Shown: positions 9,571 to 20,924, numbered from the stretch's first letter. The stretch: 64,000 nucleotides of DNA from Verrucomicrobiota bacterium (GCA_039815375.1 JBCBZJ010000001.1:288001-352000); one strand, 5' to 3'. Notes: a model not told the origin generated them from the letters alone. Numbers and translations: made by a program.

Positions 9571-10320
9571 TTACGCTCTAGGTTTTGGAACAATGGTAGA
9601 GATGCCGCCGTCGGCAACAAAAGTCTGGCCTGTAACGAACTTTGCTTCGTCAGAGATGAGCCATTCTGCGAGACTGGCGATATCGTCGGCTTGACCGATC
9701 TCTCCGAGAGGATGCATGCGTTTAGAAATTTCCAGCGCAGGTGCGCTCCCGACAATGGGTCTTGCGAGTGGGGTATCGGTAAGACTGGGAGCGATGGCGT
9801 TGATACGTAGGCTCTTTGCACCATAGGTCGCCGCAGCCGAGCGCACCATGGCCTCAATGCCACCTTTGGCAGCGGCGATGGCCTCATGGTTGGAAATGCC
9901 GGTTTGAGCAGCAGCCGTGCTGAAGAAGAGACAATTGCCAGAGCCCTGCTTCTGCATGACTTGAGTGGCAGCCTTCAATGCGTAAAATGCAGAGGTGAGG
10001 TTTGTTTGAATGGTCGTATTCCAGTCTTCTGGTGAGGTGAGGTGTGCCGGTTTGAGATAGATTGAACCGATGGCGTGCACGTAGGCATCAATTCGACCGT
10101 GAGCTTCCTTGATTGTATTGAAGGCGCTCGAAATAGAATCCCACTCGTTGGCGTCTGCTGCAATGCAGTCGAGACCAAGTTCGGAGCTGAGCGCCTCGAG
10201 CTGTTCTTTGCCACGCGCAAATCCGCTCACGATTTGACCCGCACGAACTGCGCGTTTTGCTAGGGCAGACCCAATACCTCCAGTGATGCCTCCAATGACG
10301 ATAACTTTGTTTTCAGCCAT
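9571..10320 (-). CDS. Short-chain dehydrogenase/reductase (atypical active site)
   Basis: GITGGIG, RINAIAP, FVTGQTFVADGG; the YxxxK position reads IAAAK. Confidence 0.88.
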   Translation of the reverse strand: MAENKVIVIGGITGGIGSALAKRAVRAGQIVSGFARGKEQLEALSSELGLDCIAADANEWDSISSAFNTIKEAHGRIDAYVHAIGSIYLKPAHLTSPEDWNTTIQTNLTSAFYALKAATQVMQKQGSGNCLFFSTAAAQTGISNHEAIAAAKGGIEAMVRSAAATYGAKSLRINAIAPSLTDTPLARPIVGSAPALEISKRMHPLGEIGQADDIASLAEWLISDEAKFVTGQTFVADGGISTIVPKPRA

Positions 10321-10417
10321 ACCATAATCATCGTTTTGTTCTCCAATGGATTACAGGCTTTCTGGCTTGAAAGCAGCTGCCGAGGGCGCAGTTTGGGCTG
10401 CTTTCCCATTTTTTGTC

Positions 10418-13159
<2,742 letters not shown>

Positions 13160-13326
13160 GGAGAAGTTACTTTGATACACGTCTTGCCGGAGAGGGCAGA
13201 GTTAAGGACTTTCAACTCGATGTTCCTTACAGTGAATAGATGGAAGAATTGGCCAGCGCTGTGTATGCGAACTCGGTAGTTGTCGATCTGTGTTTGGAGA
13301 GGTCTTGAGCGGCCTTGATTTTCTAG

Positions 13327-13341
13327 TGAAAGTCGTTTGCA
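13327..13341 (+). promoter_or_regulatory. Palindromic operator, copy 1 (putative Zur/Fur-family box)
   Basis: TGAAAGTCGTTTGCA, ending 7 nt before the ATG at 13349. Confidence 0.6.
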
Positions 13342-13348
13342 ATAGGTT

Positions 13349-14683
13349 ATGGCAAAAACGTTTTTATTCTGGCAACCAAATGCGCCGATTCCGGGTGATG
13401 ATCGAGTTCCGGTTATCTTGCTCAGCGGTTTTCTTGGATCTGGAAAGACGACCTTGCTGAATCACTTACTCTCCTCTGAAGAATCCGAGAATTTGGGTGT
13501 GCTCGTGAACGATCTTGGTGAAGTGAATATCGATGCCAAACTCATCAAGCGATCCATGCGTAAACTCAAGGGGCCGGTTGGTGATGTCGTCGAGTTAAGT
13601 TCAGGGTGTATTTGCTGCTCAATTCAAACTGAGCTGATGGATTCACTTCTTCACCTTTATCTCATGCTGAAGCCCAGCCATATTTTAATCGAGGCCAGTG
13701 GGGTGGCTGAGCCAAAGTCGATTCTTGAGAGCCTCTATGCTGCGAATATGGAAGGTGTTCGGGGTACGGATTTTCTCCGAGTGGCCAATCTCGTCTCAGT
13801 AGTGGATGCCGCAAATTTGGATGATTATTTGGGCGTGCGTGCAGAAGCAGGCAGGAACAAGCGCATAAAAGTCTTGGAATGTGATAAGCGACGCCCTCTT
13901 GAAGAACTGCTTATGGAACAGATCGAATGTGCTGATCTGATTTTGCTTAACAAAGCTGATCAGGTAAACGCTTCTGACGCTGATCGCCTCGAATCTTACC
14001 TACGCAGTTTAAATAACCGTGCAGAAGTTCAGCGCTGTGCGTTTGGGAAAATTAACGTATCGACGATTCTCGGAGTTGAGCGTTTCGATGAAGATGCGAC
14101 TTTGAACAGTGCACGCTGGCGTAATCTCATTATTTCGAACGACAGAGTGGCTAGCATGCCTCAAAAAGAGTCTGCTCAGACGACTATCGAATTCGGCAGC
14201 TTCACCCCTGTTGAGGGACATTCTTTTGAGAATAAGTCGGCCGGATTTAGTCTACAAGCTGAGGCAACAGCGCACACCCACCATCATAAAGACTATGGGC
14301 TGGATAGCTTTGTCTACAATAGCCGACGTCAGTTCGACGAAACGAAACTCTATTCACTATTTCGTTCTGAGCTGCCCGGGGTTGTTCGTGCCAAAGGGTT
14401 TTACTGGACAACGCGTCTTCCGAAGCGTGTCGGGGTGCTTTCTGTTGCAGGTAAAATCGTGCGCAATGATTACATCGGAGAATGGTGGGCCGATATGCTG
14501 GCCAGTGGCGAATCAGACGACGGAGAAATGCCCGAAATTATCCGGAAAAGTTGGGATCCGAAGCTGGGAGACCGCCGTCAGGAGCTGGTCTTCATTGGCA
14601 TTGATCTCGATCGTGAAGCAATCATCAAAGGATTGCATGCCTGCGAGGTAGAGAGCCCTGTGGGCGTTCCTGGTTCGAATTGA
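13349..14683 (+). CDS. COG0523/CobW-family G3E GTPase (metallochaperone)
   Basis: GFLGSGKTT, NDLG, GCICC, EASGV, NKAD, His patch AHTHHH, CobW_C (RAKGFYW...[11 protein letters not shown]). Confidence 0.93.
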   Translation: MAKTFLFWQPNAPIPGDDRVPVILLSGFLGSGKTTLLNHLLSSEESENLGVLVNDLGEVNIDAKLIKRSMRKLKGPVGDVVELSSGCICCSIQTELMDSLLHLYLMLKPSHILIEASGVAEPKSILESLYAANMEGVRGTDFLRVANLVSVVDAANLDDYLGVRAEAGRNKRIKVLECDKRRPLEELLMEQIECADLILLNKADQVNASDADRLESYLRSLNNRAEVQRCAFGKINVSTILGVERFDEDATLNSARWRNLIISNDRVASMPQKESAQTTIEFGSFTPVEGHSFENKSAGFSLQAEATAHTHHHKDYGLDSFVYNSRRQFDETKLYSLFRSELPGVVRAKGFYWTTRLPKRVGVLSVAGKIVRNDYIGEWWADMLASGESDDGEMPEIIRKSWDPKLGDRRQELVFIGIDLDREAIIKGLHACEVESPVGVPGSN

Positions 14684-14750
14684 TGCTCCCTACAGGGTAG
14701 GGCAGGACTGCGGTTTACCTGCTCCCTTTGCAGTAAGCCCAAGCTTTGCT

Positions 14751-15242
14751 CTAAAGCTGCGTTGGATTCGGTGTGTCGCCATAGACAGCCTTGGGATCGA
14801 AGGATTTTTCATCTTCGATGAAACGCAAGCTCACTGGTCCGTCGCTTTTGCCCACCGGCACTTCACGGTAGAAGCAAGAACGGTAGCCAACGTGGCAGGA
14901 AGCTTCCTTGCCACCGGAAGATGGCTGAGTAAGGTCGACTTCGAGGACGATACAATCTTGATCGTCATCGACCAGCATACGACGAATGTGCTGGAACATT
15001 CCGGAGGATTCGCCCTTTTTCCAAAGTTTCTGGCGCGAGCGTGACCAGTAGTGTGCTAGTCCCGTTTCAATTGTAAGGGTGAGGGCCTCCGGATTCATGA
15101 ATGCAAACATCAACACTTCTTTAGTTTCTGCGTGCATTGTGATGCAGGGGATCACTCCCACTTGGTCGAACTTGGGAGCGAGTTGATCACCCTCTTCGAC
15201 TTGTTCGATGCTCTCTCGTTTTGCAAAAATATTTGGTTTCAT
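14751..15242 (-). CDS. hisI: Phosphoribosyl-AMP cyclohydrolase (probable metal-starvation paralog)
   Basis: YWSRSRQKLWKKGESSG, DDDQD, SCHVGYRSCFY. Start chosen at ATG 15242 after GAGGAC; ATG 15254 is also possible. Confidence 0.9.
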   Translation of the reverse strand: MKPNIFAKRESIEQVEEGDQLAPKFDQVGVIPCITMHAETKEVLMFAFMNPEALTLTIETGLAHYWSRSRQKLWKKGESSGMFQHIRRMLVDDDQDCIVLEVDLTQPSSGGKEASCHVGYRSCFYREVPVGKSDGPVSLRFIEDEKSFDPKAVYGDTPNPTQL

Positions 15243-15295
15243 GTCCTCGTTCATTCTTTTCAAATGGATTAGTGCGCCATCGAGATCAAGCTCAT

Positions 15296-15310
15296 TGAAA
15301 GTCACTTTCA
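15296..15310 (-). promoter_or_regulatory. Palindromic operator, copy 2
   Basis: TGAAAGTCACTTTCA, perfect 6-3-6, upstream of hisI. Confidence 0.7.
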
Positions 15311-15369
15311 CTAATTAAGGACGGAGCTTCGATGGGGGATGTAATTGGCAAAATAAGGGCGCTTGAAGA

Positions 15370-16299
15370 CTATTTGTTATCGAGGTTGCGGCTGATCTCC
15401 TGATCACTCACAGGAGCTGAGTCTACGCCACTAACTGGAACCTCGACTTTGGAGACCCAGCAAAGCGCATTGAGGATGATCTTACGGAAATTCTCGTTCT
15501 GCCAATTTATATGGAAATGCCCGCCGGTGAAACCGAAGCCACGACCACCGTCTGGACGTTCTATTGCCCACATTACCGCTTCTTTGCGACCCTTTGCCTC
15601 TTGGATATGAGGGTAAGGACCTCTTGGATGAACGTAGGGACCATCACGGGTTTCATTGTCGGGTATAGTGACTAGGACTGGTGTAAAGAGGACGCCATCA
15701 ATTTCACTAGGCCCGCTTGCATCAAAGCCTTTGGCGAAGCGCATGTTAAAATACCATTCGTCTTTGATGGAGAAAGGTTTGATTCCTCGAGTAATCGGAT
15801 GCTCTGGAAATGCATCGAATCGAGCATCCCAAATTGGATTACAGGACCACTTGTGCTCGTAGCAGCCACCGATCCAATCACGAAATTGCTGACCAGCCGT
15901 TTGTTTGGGCACCTCGACAGCAAAGTGCATGCAGCCGAAACCGACACCTTGTCCAACGAGTCTCTCCATCGTTTTCAGCCGTCCTTTACCTGCGAGCACG
16001 GGATGCCGACGATTCCCGTCGGAGAAACAGACCACCGCATCGGCATCAGCAAAGGTGGCTTCGTCAGTGACCCAGCCCATCTCATGACGATCTACAACCA
16101 GACCTGGAACTGAGCGGAGACGCTCTTCGAGGAGGATCGTCCCGGCTCGAAACTCATGTATCATATGCGGATGACTGGGAGGCCCGGCAATGAGGACAAG
16201 TTTCTTTGAAGGAAAATCACCCTCTTTAGTCGCGGCTCTCGAGAGTGCAGGGGTCATGCTGGCTGCAAAGGCGAGGCGCAAGAATTCAGATCGAGTCAT
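15370..16299 (-). CDS. Exported ThuA-like domain protein
   Basis: Tat-like leader (TRSEFL), LVLIAG..SH...HE, G.GFGCMHFA, HPITRGI, DEWYF, GRGFGFTGGH.H.NW. Confidence 0.8.
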   Translation of the reverse strand: MTRSEFLRLAFAASMTPALSRAATKEGDFPSKKLVLIAGPPSHPHMIHEFRAGTILLEERLRSVPGLVVDRHEMGWVTDEATFADADAVVCFSDGNRRHPVLAGKGRLKTMERLVGQGVGFGCMHFAVEVPKQTAGQQFRDWIGGCYEHKWSCNPIWDARFDAFPEHPITRGIKPFSIKDEWYFNMRFAKGFDASGPSEIDGVLFTPVLVTIPDNETRDGPYVHPRGPYPHIQEAKGRKEAVMWAIERPDGGRGFGFTGGHFHINWQNENFRKIILNALCWVSKVEVPVSGVDSAPVSDQEISRNLDNK

Positions 16300-16362
16300 G
16301 ATTATCCGAGTTTTGGATTACACTTCCTAACCTGTCTGGAGAGCGACCAGATTCAAGATAAA

Positions 16363-16377
16363 TGAAAGCTGCTTGCA
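16363..16377 (-). promoter_or_regulatory. Palindromic operator, copy 3
   Basis: TGAAAGCTGCTTGCA, lying between -35-like TTGTTA and -10-like TATCTT on the minus strand upstream of the ThuA gene. Confidence 0.55.
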
Positions 16378-16415
16378 TTAACAATGCTGCCAGTTTGTGA
16401 GTTATACAGTAATTC

Positions 16416-16883
16416 TCAGACTGAGAGCATTCGGCTATTGAACATGGGATTCAGAGCCTTGCAGGCGTCGCCCTCCACTCCATAAACCACTTCAATGCTC
16501 TCGTTGCGGAGCAATCCAAGCGCTCGTCCGGCATGTGCTGGATTTGGATCCAGGCAGCCGATTACGACTCGGGCAATACCGTGGCTATTAATGATGCGTT
16601 CGCAGCACGAACCGGTCCGGCCAGCGGTGGAGCATGGTTCCAGAGTGACAAACATCTCCGCTCCTTGCTTCGGTTGGCGTCCGAGTTTTTCGAGGGCAAC
16701 TCTTTCGGCATGTGGTCCACCGTCGTAGGGGTGGTAACCTTCGGCTACGATTTCACCCGATTCGACGATGACAGCTCCAACTCGTGGATTTGGATGGACT
16801 GCATCTTCCGAGACTGTTGAAGCGAGTTCGATCGCCCGCCGCATATAACGGCGATCATTTTCGGATACGATTGTCGAGCACAT
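16416..16883 (-). CDS. Stand-alone RibD-type deaminase domain protein (no reductase domain)
   Basis: [20 protein letters not shown]....GSC, DPNP; only 155 aa. Confidence 0.85.
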   Translation of the reverse strand: MCSTIVSENDRRYMRRAIELASTVSEDAVHPNPRVGAVIVESGEIVAEGYHPYDGGPHAERVALEKLGRQPKQGAEMFVTLEPCSTAGRTGSCCERIINSHGIARVVIGCLDPNPAHAGRALGLLRNESIEVVYGVEGDACKALNPMFNSRMLSV

Positions 16884-17142
16884 CAGACCAATTACTCACG
16901 GGTGGAACCGGATCGAAGCCTTGGCCGCCCCATGGATTGCAGCGAAGGATGCGTCGAAATGAAAACCAAAGCCCTCTAATTGTGCCGTGATCGCGGACGG
17001 CTTCTATCGCATATGTGGAGCAAGTTGGATAGAAACGGCAGCCGCTTCCCGGGCCTCCCAGCACATGCAGAAGTGGAGAGAGCAGCCACTGGTACAAGTA
17101 GATCAGGCCCAGTATTATTCTCTGTGTTATCCTTCGAATCAT
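16855..17142 (-). CDS. yidD: Membrane protein insertion efficiency factor YidD family
   Basis: [29 protein letters not shown]. Confidence 0.9.
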   Translation of the reverse strand: MIRRITQRIILGLIYLYQWLLSPLLHVLGGPGSGCRFYPTCSTYAIEAVRDHGTIRGLWFSFRRILRCNPWGGQGFDPVPPVSNWSDVLDNRIRK

Positions 17143-17201
17143 ATGCGTGCTAAAGTATCTCTCTCTTGGATATCATCATTAGGCCCCGGTTGTTCCAAGA
17201 C

Positions 17202-18440
17202 TTATTCGAGATCCCCCGAATCGGCTTGCTCCGGAATGAACCACTCTGGAAATGGGTCGCTGAACGTGCTCCAAAAGACTTCGCCTGCACCCATTTCGTC
17301 TTCGGTTAAGAGGCAGGCATCGAAGCAATCCCGAATGAATGTTTCGTCCATCTTTTCGGCACTGCCGATAAGCACAAGTTCTTGGCGGCGGTCTCCGTAG
17401 GGTTTTTCCCAATTCGAAAGCACTTTCATGATCTCACCCTCATCCTGTGGCCAGTATTCCTTCGGCACTGCAGCGAACCATTCGCCAGCTAATTGGACAT
17501 CCGATTGAGCCCCGGCTCTCGACCAGAGCCCGACGTAGGCCATGCGTGTTGCAAGCCAGAAGAACCCTTTTGAGCGTATCACACCGGGCCAATCCTGCTT
17601 CATCCATTTCCAGAGACGTTCCGGATGAAAGGGGCGTCTCGCGCGATAAACGAATTGGCTGATGCCATATTCTTCTGTTTCAGGAACCGGCTCGTTTTGA
17701 ATCAACTTGAGCCAGTCGGGTTCTTGCTCGGCAGATTGAATATCAAATCTCCCAGTGTTAAGTATGTCCTTTGGCTCAATCTTGCCGAAGCCACACTCGA
17801 TCACTTCCGCCTTTGGGTTAAGCGCTCGAATGCCCGAGATGATTCCTGCCTTAGTCTCAGCATCGACCTTGTCGATTTTGTTCAAGAGAATGACGTCTGC
17901 GAATTCGACCTGGTCCACTAATAGATCCACAATCGTGCGCTCGTCTTCATCGCCGACCTCCTGACCACGATCTTTCAGCTTTTCAGGCGTTCCGAAATCG
18001 CGCTCGAAATTGGCTGCATCCACAACAGTGACCATTGTGTCGAGGTTCGAAATGTCGGCGAGGCAGAATCCTGCTTCGTCGCGAAAATGGAAAGTCTCTG
18101 CAACTGGCATGGGTTCGGAAACACCGGTCGATTCGATGAGAAGATATTCGAAACGTCCTTCAGAAGCGAGGCGTCTTACTTCTTCGAGCAAGTCATCGCG
18201 CAAAGTGCAGCAGATACAGCCGTTACTCATCTCGATCAGCTTCTCTTCCTTGCGGCTCAATTCAGCACCACCCTCGGCCACGAGCTGAGCGTCAATGTTG
18301 ACCTCACTCATGTCGTTGACAATGACTGCGACCTTAAGCCCCTCGCGGTTATTCAGGATATGGTTGAGTATTGTTGTCTTTCCCGCTCCAAGAAATCCGG
18401 AGAGGACGGTGACAGGGAGTTTTCGTTCGTTCGTTTGCAT
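17202..18440 (-). CDS. COG0523 zinc metallochaperone GTPase (ZigA/YciC-like)
   Basis: [69 protein letters not shown]. Confidence 0.94.
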   Translation of the reverse strand: MQTNERKLPVTVLSGFLGAGKTTILNHILNNREGLKVAVIVNDMSEVNIDAQLVAEGGAELSRKEEKLIEMSNGCICCTLRDDLLEEVRRLASEGRFEYLLIESTGVSEPMPVAETFHFRDEAGFCLADISNLDTMVTVVDAANFERDFGTPEKLKDRGQEVGDEDERTIVDLLVDQVEFADVILLNKIDKVDAETKAGIISGIRALNPKAEVIECGFGKIEPKDILNTGRFDIQSAEQEPDWLKLIQNEPVPETEEYGISQFVYRARRPFHPERLWKWMKQDWPGVIRSKGFFWLATRMAYVGLWSRAGAQSDVQLAGEWFAAVPKEYWPQDEGEIMKVLSNWEKPYGDRRQELVLIGSAEKMDETFIRDCFDACLLTEDEMGAGEVFWSTFSDPFPEWFIPEQADSGDLE

Positions 18441-18476
18441 TTTTTCGTTCGTTCTATCGCATGTCAGGTCACTTTT

Positions 18477-19664
18477 TTAAGGTGAGAAGGAAATAAGGAG
18501 CGCGCCTAGCCAGGCGATGCATAGAGAGAAAAAGGCGGCGTAAGAAGCCTGTCTTCCGACCATCTTAAGTGCAAAGCTCGGGCGTATCTCTTTTGCGACG
18601 GTGATCACGGTGACAAGGCAGGGGAATAGGACACCGGCCAGGTAGACAGCCGTAAGCACTTGAACAGATGAGTCCAAAGGAACTTTGAGAGAGGACCAAT
18701 CGCTGTCCAGAAGCCCGATCGCGATACCATCCTTTCGCACTGAACCGAAAACGACGGCGACCGCAGCTTGGGGAGGCAGGTTGAATATAGCCATCACAGG
18801 TGCGAGTAGATCCGTTAATCCCTCTAGAGCGCCTGACCATTTCAGAAGTCCGGCAGCGAAACAAATGCCGATGAAGATAGGAAAGGCGAGCACCACAAAA
18901 TCTCTGAGGCCGTCAACGCATTCAGCCCAAACGTTTTTCCAATCAGGCGGGCGTAGTGCTTTCGATACCGAAAGTGGTAATGGATAATCCGTGCCCCGAA
19001 CCATCGGTGGTCGTGTAAGACGAAGATAGATGAGTGTTGTGGCGGCCAACAGCCCTAAATAAACTGGTCCCAACCATACGGCGTCCATCACAGCAAAGAC
19101 AGCGAGTGTCGCCGGAAGCTGGTAGGAACAGGCCGAGCCAAACGAGATTGCGGACACGCAGGTTCCTCGCGAGCAACTGGAGCAGGATCGAGTCGCGACG
19201 ATCGCGGGCACATTGCAGCCAAAGCCCATAATAACACGCATGAGTTCATGCCCTCCTAGACCGAAAGGGCGGAGCATTGGGTGTAGCGCATAAGAGAGAC
19301 GTTCGATTAAGCCGGTGCTCTTGTAGATGGCGATCAGAGCTGAAAAAACCAGAATGGTGGGCAAGGCATAGAGTAAGAGAAAGGGAAACATTGCCACGAC
19401 GCCATATTCGCCAGCCAGCACGTGTGCTAAAGGACCGGGAAGTGTGTTGAGCCAGCTGATTAACGGGCCCATAAGTTGATAGAGCGGAGCGTTCAAGAAA
19501 TCTGCGAAGGCGTTTGCTTGTATAACCGCGAAACATGCCGGTGCGAAAAGGACAATCAGGCTCAGTCCTGAATAAAGGCTAACTGTAAAAAAGCCTTTGT
19601 GATTGCCTGCTTCTACGTCTGAACGCGGAAGTTTGGGCAAAGTATTGGCCTCATCATTCTTCAT
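18477..19664 (-). CDS. FeoB-like gate-domain membrane protein lacking the GTPase domain
   Basis: GL.G......MGFGCNVPAIVATR FeoB gate motif, multiple hydrophobic segments and C-terminal PC; no GxxNxGKS. Start ATG 19664 overlaps the upstream stop. Confidence 0.8.
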   Translation of the reverse strand: MKNDEANTLPKLPRSDVEAGNHKGFFTVSLYSGLSLIVLFAPACFAVIQANAFADFLNAPLYQLMGPLISWLNTLPGPLAHVLAGEYGVVAMFPFLLLYALPTILVFSALIAIYKSTGLIERLSYALHPMLRPFGLGGHELMRVIMGFGCNVPAIVATRSCSSCSRGTCVSAISFGSACSYQLPATLAVFAVMDAVWLGPVYLGLLAATTLIYLRLTRPPMVRGTDYPLPLSVSKALRPPDWKNVWAECVDGLRDFVVLAFPIFIGICFAAGLLKWSGALEGLTDLLAPVMAIFNLPPQAAVAVVFGSVRKDGIAIGLLDSDWSSLKVPLDSSVQVLTAVYLAGVLFPCLVTVITVAKEIRPSFALKMVGRQASYAAFFSLCIAWLGALLISFSP

Positions 19665-20805
19665 GGTCCGTGCTGATAGATTCAGCTTCGGATTCGACTG
19701 CACATTCGCAGTTTGTGCAGCACTCCAGATCGTCGATGAGAAAACCTCGACGTCGATCATTCTCCAAGTCCGGTTCGGGATAGCCAAGTCGTTTGGCAGC
19801 CGCTCTGGCGATCACACCAAAACGAGCGCGGAATTTATAGATGAAGCAGAACTTGGACTTTCGTTGAACTAATGACGGACCGCTGTAATAGAGCCCAGGA
19901 TGAATCGTGGACTCATCCTCTTCAGTAAATTTGGGAGTTGAGCCGTCCCATTCGAAGAGCTCCTTGATTGGCGTGATCGCAGAATGAAAACCCGTAGCTG
20001 CGATGGGACGATGTGTTGAATCAAACACTTCGCCGTCAGCAGTTTCGATGATAAAGCGATCAGAAAGGCGATTTACGGAGACGACTTCGGAGTTTCCTCG
20101 AAGCACGAGACTTCCGGGGTGGTTTCTTAGGGTTTGAATGAGTCGCTCGCGGGTAAAGGGACTCAGAACCTCACTGGGATCGGGATGATCTTCTTTCCAA
20201 GGTTCGCCGGTCGCCAGGACCACGACGCGCCTCCCAAGCTCAACCAGGTGAAATGCTGCGTCGATTCCGCTTTCGTAACCTCCGATAATTACAGCTTCCT
20301 TTCCCTGATAATCTTCCCAACTACGGAATACGCTTGAGTGTGCGCAATGTTCCGATCCTGAAAATGTACCTGATTTCGGATGCGAGAACTCACCTCCTGC
20401 CCACAAGACGATTTTTGAGTGGTAGGTTTCCTTGTCGGTCTGGATCGAGTAGCCGTCCGACTCGGGTGTAAGCTGCACAACTTTCTCCTGCTGCTTTACA
20501 TTCAGATTGAAGTGCTGGACAACAGCGGAGAGGTAGTCTGCATAATCCTCTCCACTTAAATGCTCCTTCTGAAAAAAATCTGCAGGACTCGTATCCGGCG
20601 TGATAGCATTTAGATCAGTTTGAAAAAAAGGATTTCCGTGGAAGGAGGGGGTAATCAGGCGCATTTGTTCCGGCCAGCGGCGGAACGATGAACCAACTTG
20701 ATTTGCTTCGAGTAAGAGAACCTGTTCAACGCCAGCGCGTTGCAGTGCAAGGCCACAGCCAATTCCAGCTGGTCCAGCTCCAACGATGATCGCTTCAAAA
20801 TCCAT
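19654..20805 (-). CDS. FAD/NAD(P)-dependent oxidoreductase (flavin monooxygenase/CzcO-like) with Cys-rich tail
   Basis: GAGPAG, IIGGYESG, ATGF, FCFIYKFR, C-terminal DDLECCTNCEC. Confidence 0.85.
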   Translation of the reverse strand: MDFEAIIVGAGPAGIGCGLALQRAGVEQVLLLEANQVGSSFRRWPEQMRLITPSFHGNPFFQTDLNAITPDTSPADFFQKEHLSGEDYADYLSAVVQHFNLNVKQQEKVVQLTPESDGYSIQTDKETYHSKIVLWAGGEFSHPKSGTFSGSEHCAHSSVFRSWEDYQGKEAVIIGGYESGIDAAFHLVELGRRVVVLATGEPWKEDHPDPSEVLSPFTRERLIQTLRNHPGSLVLRGNSEVVSVNRLSDRFIIETADGEVFDSTHRPIAATGFHSAITPIKELFEWDGSTPKFTEEDESTIHPGLYYSGPSLVQRKSKFCFIYKFRARFGVIARAAAKRLGYPEPDLENDRRRGFLIDDLECCTNCECAVESEAESISTDHEE

Positions 20806-20815
20806 CCTTTACAGA

Positions 20816-20830
20816 TGAAAGTCGCTTTCA
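20816..20830 (-). promoter_or_regulatory. Palindromic operator, copy 4
   Basis: (A)TGAAAGTCGCTTTCA(T), 10 nt upstream of ATG 20805 and directly downstream of -35-like TTGACT on the minus strand. Confidence 0.7.
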
Positions 20831-20924
20831 TTTAGTCAAGGTCGGAAAGACCTTCCCCTACGATCTATTGATACGTGTAAGGAGCTATCTCGCAACTTTT
20901 CGGAAAAGAGACTCTTTTATCTTG

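Noticed and set aside
10321..10417. T-box riboswitch upstream of valS
   Set aside because: The spacer is only 97 nt, shared with a divergent gene, and no T-box consensus is seen.
14684..14750. Short GC hairpins between the convergent COG0523 and hisI genes
   Set aside because: Weak stems without a clear U-tract; cannot be called a terminator or element.
18421..18454. TTCG tetramer runs on both sides of the COG0523 start codon
   Set aside because: Only 2-3 units each; too short to support phase variation or a function.
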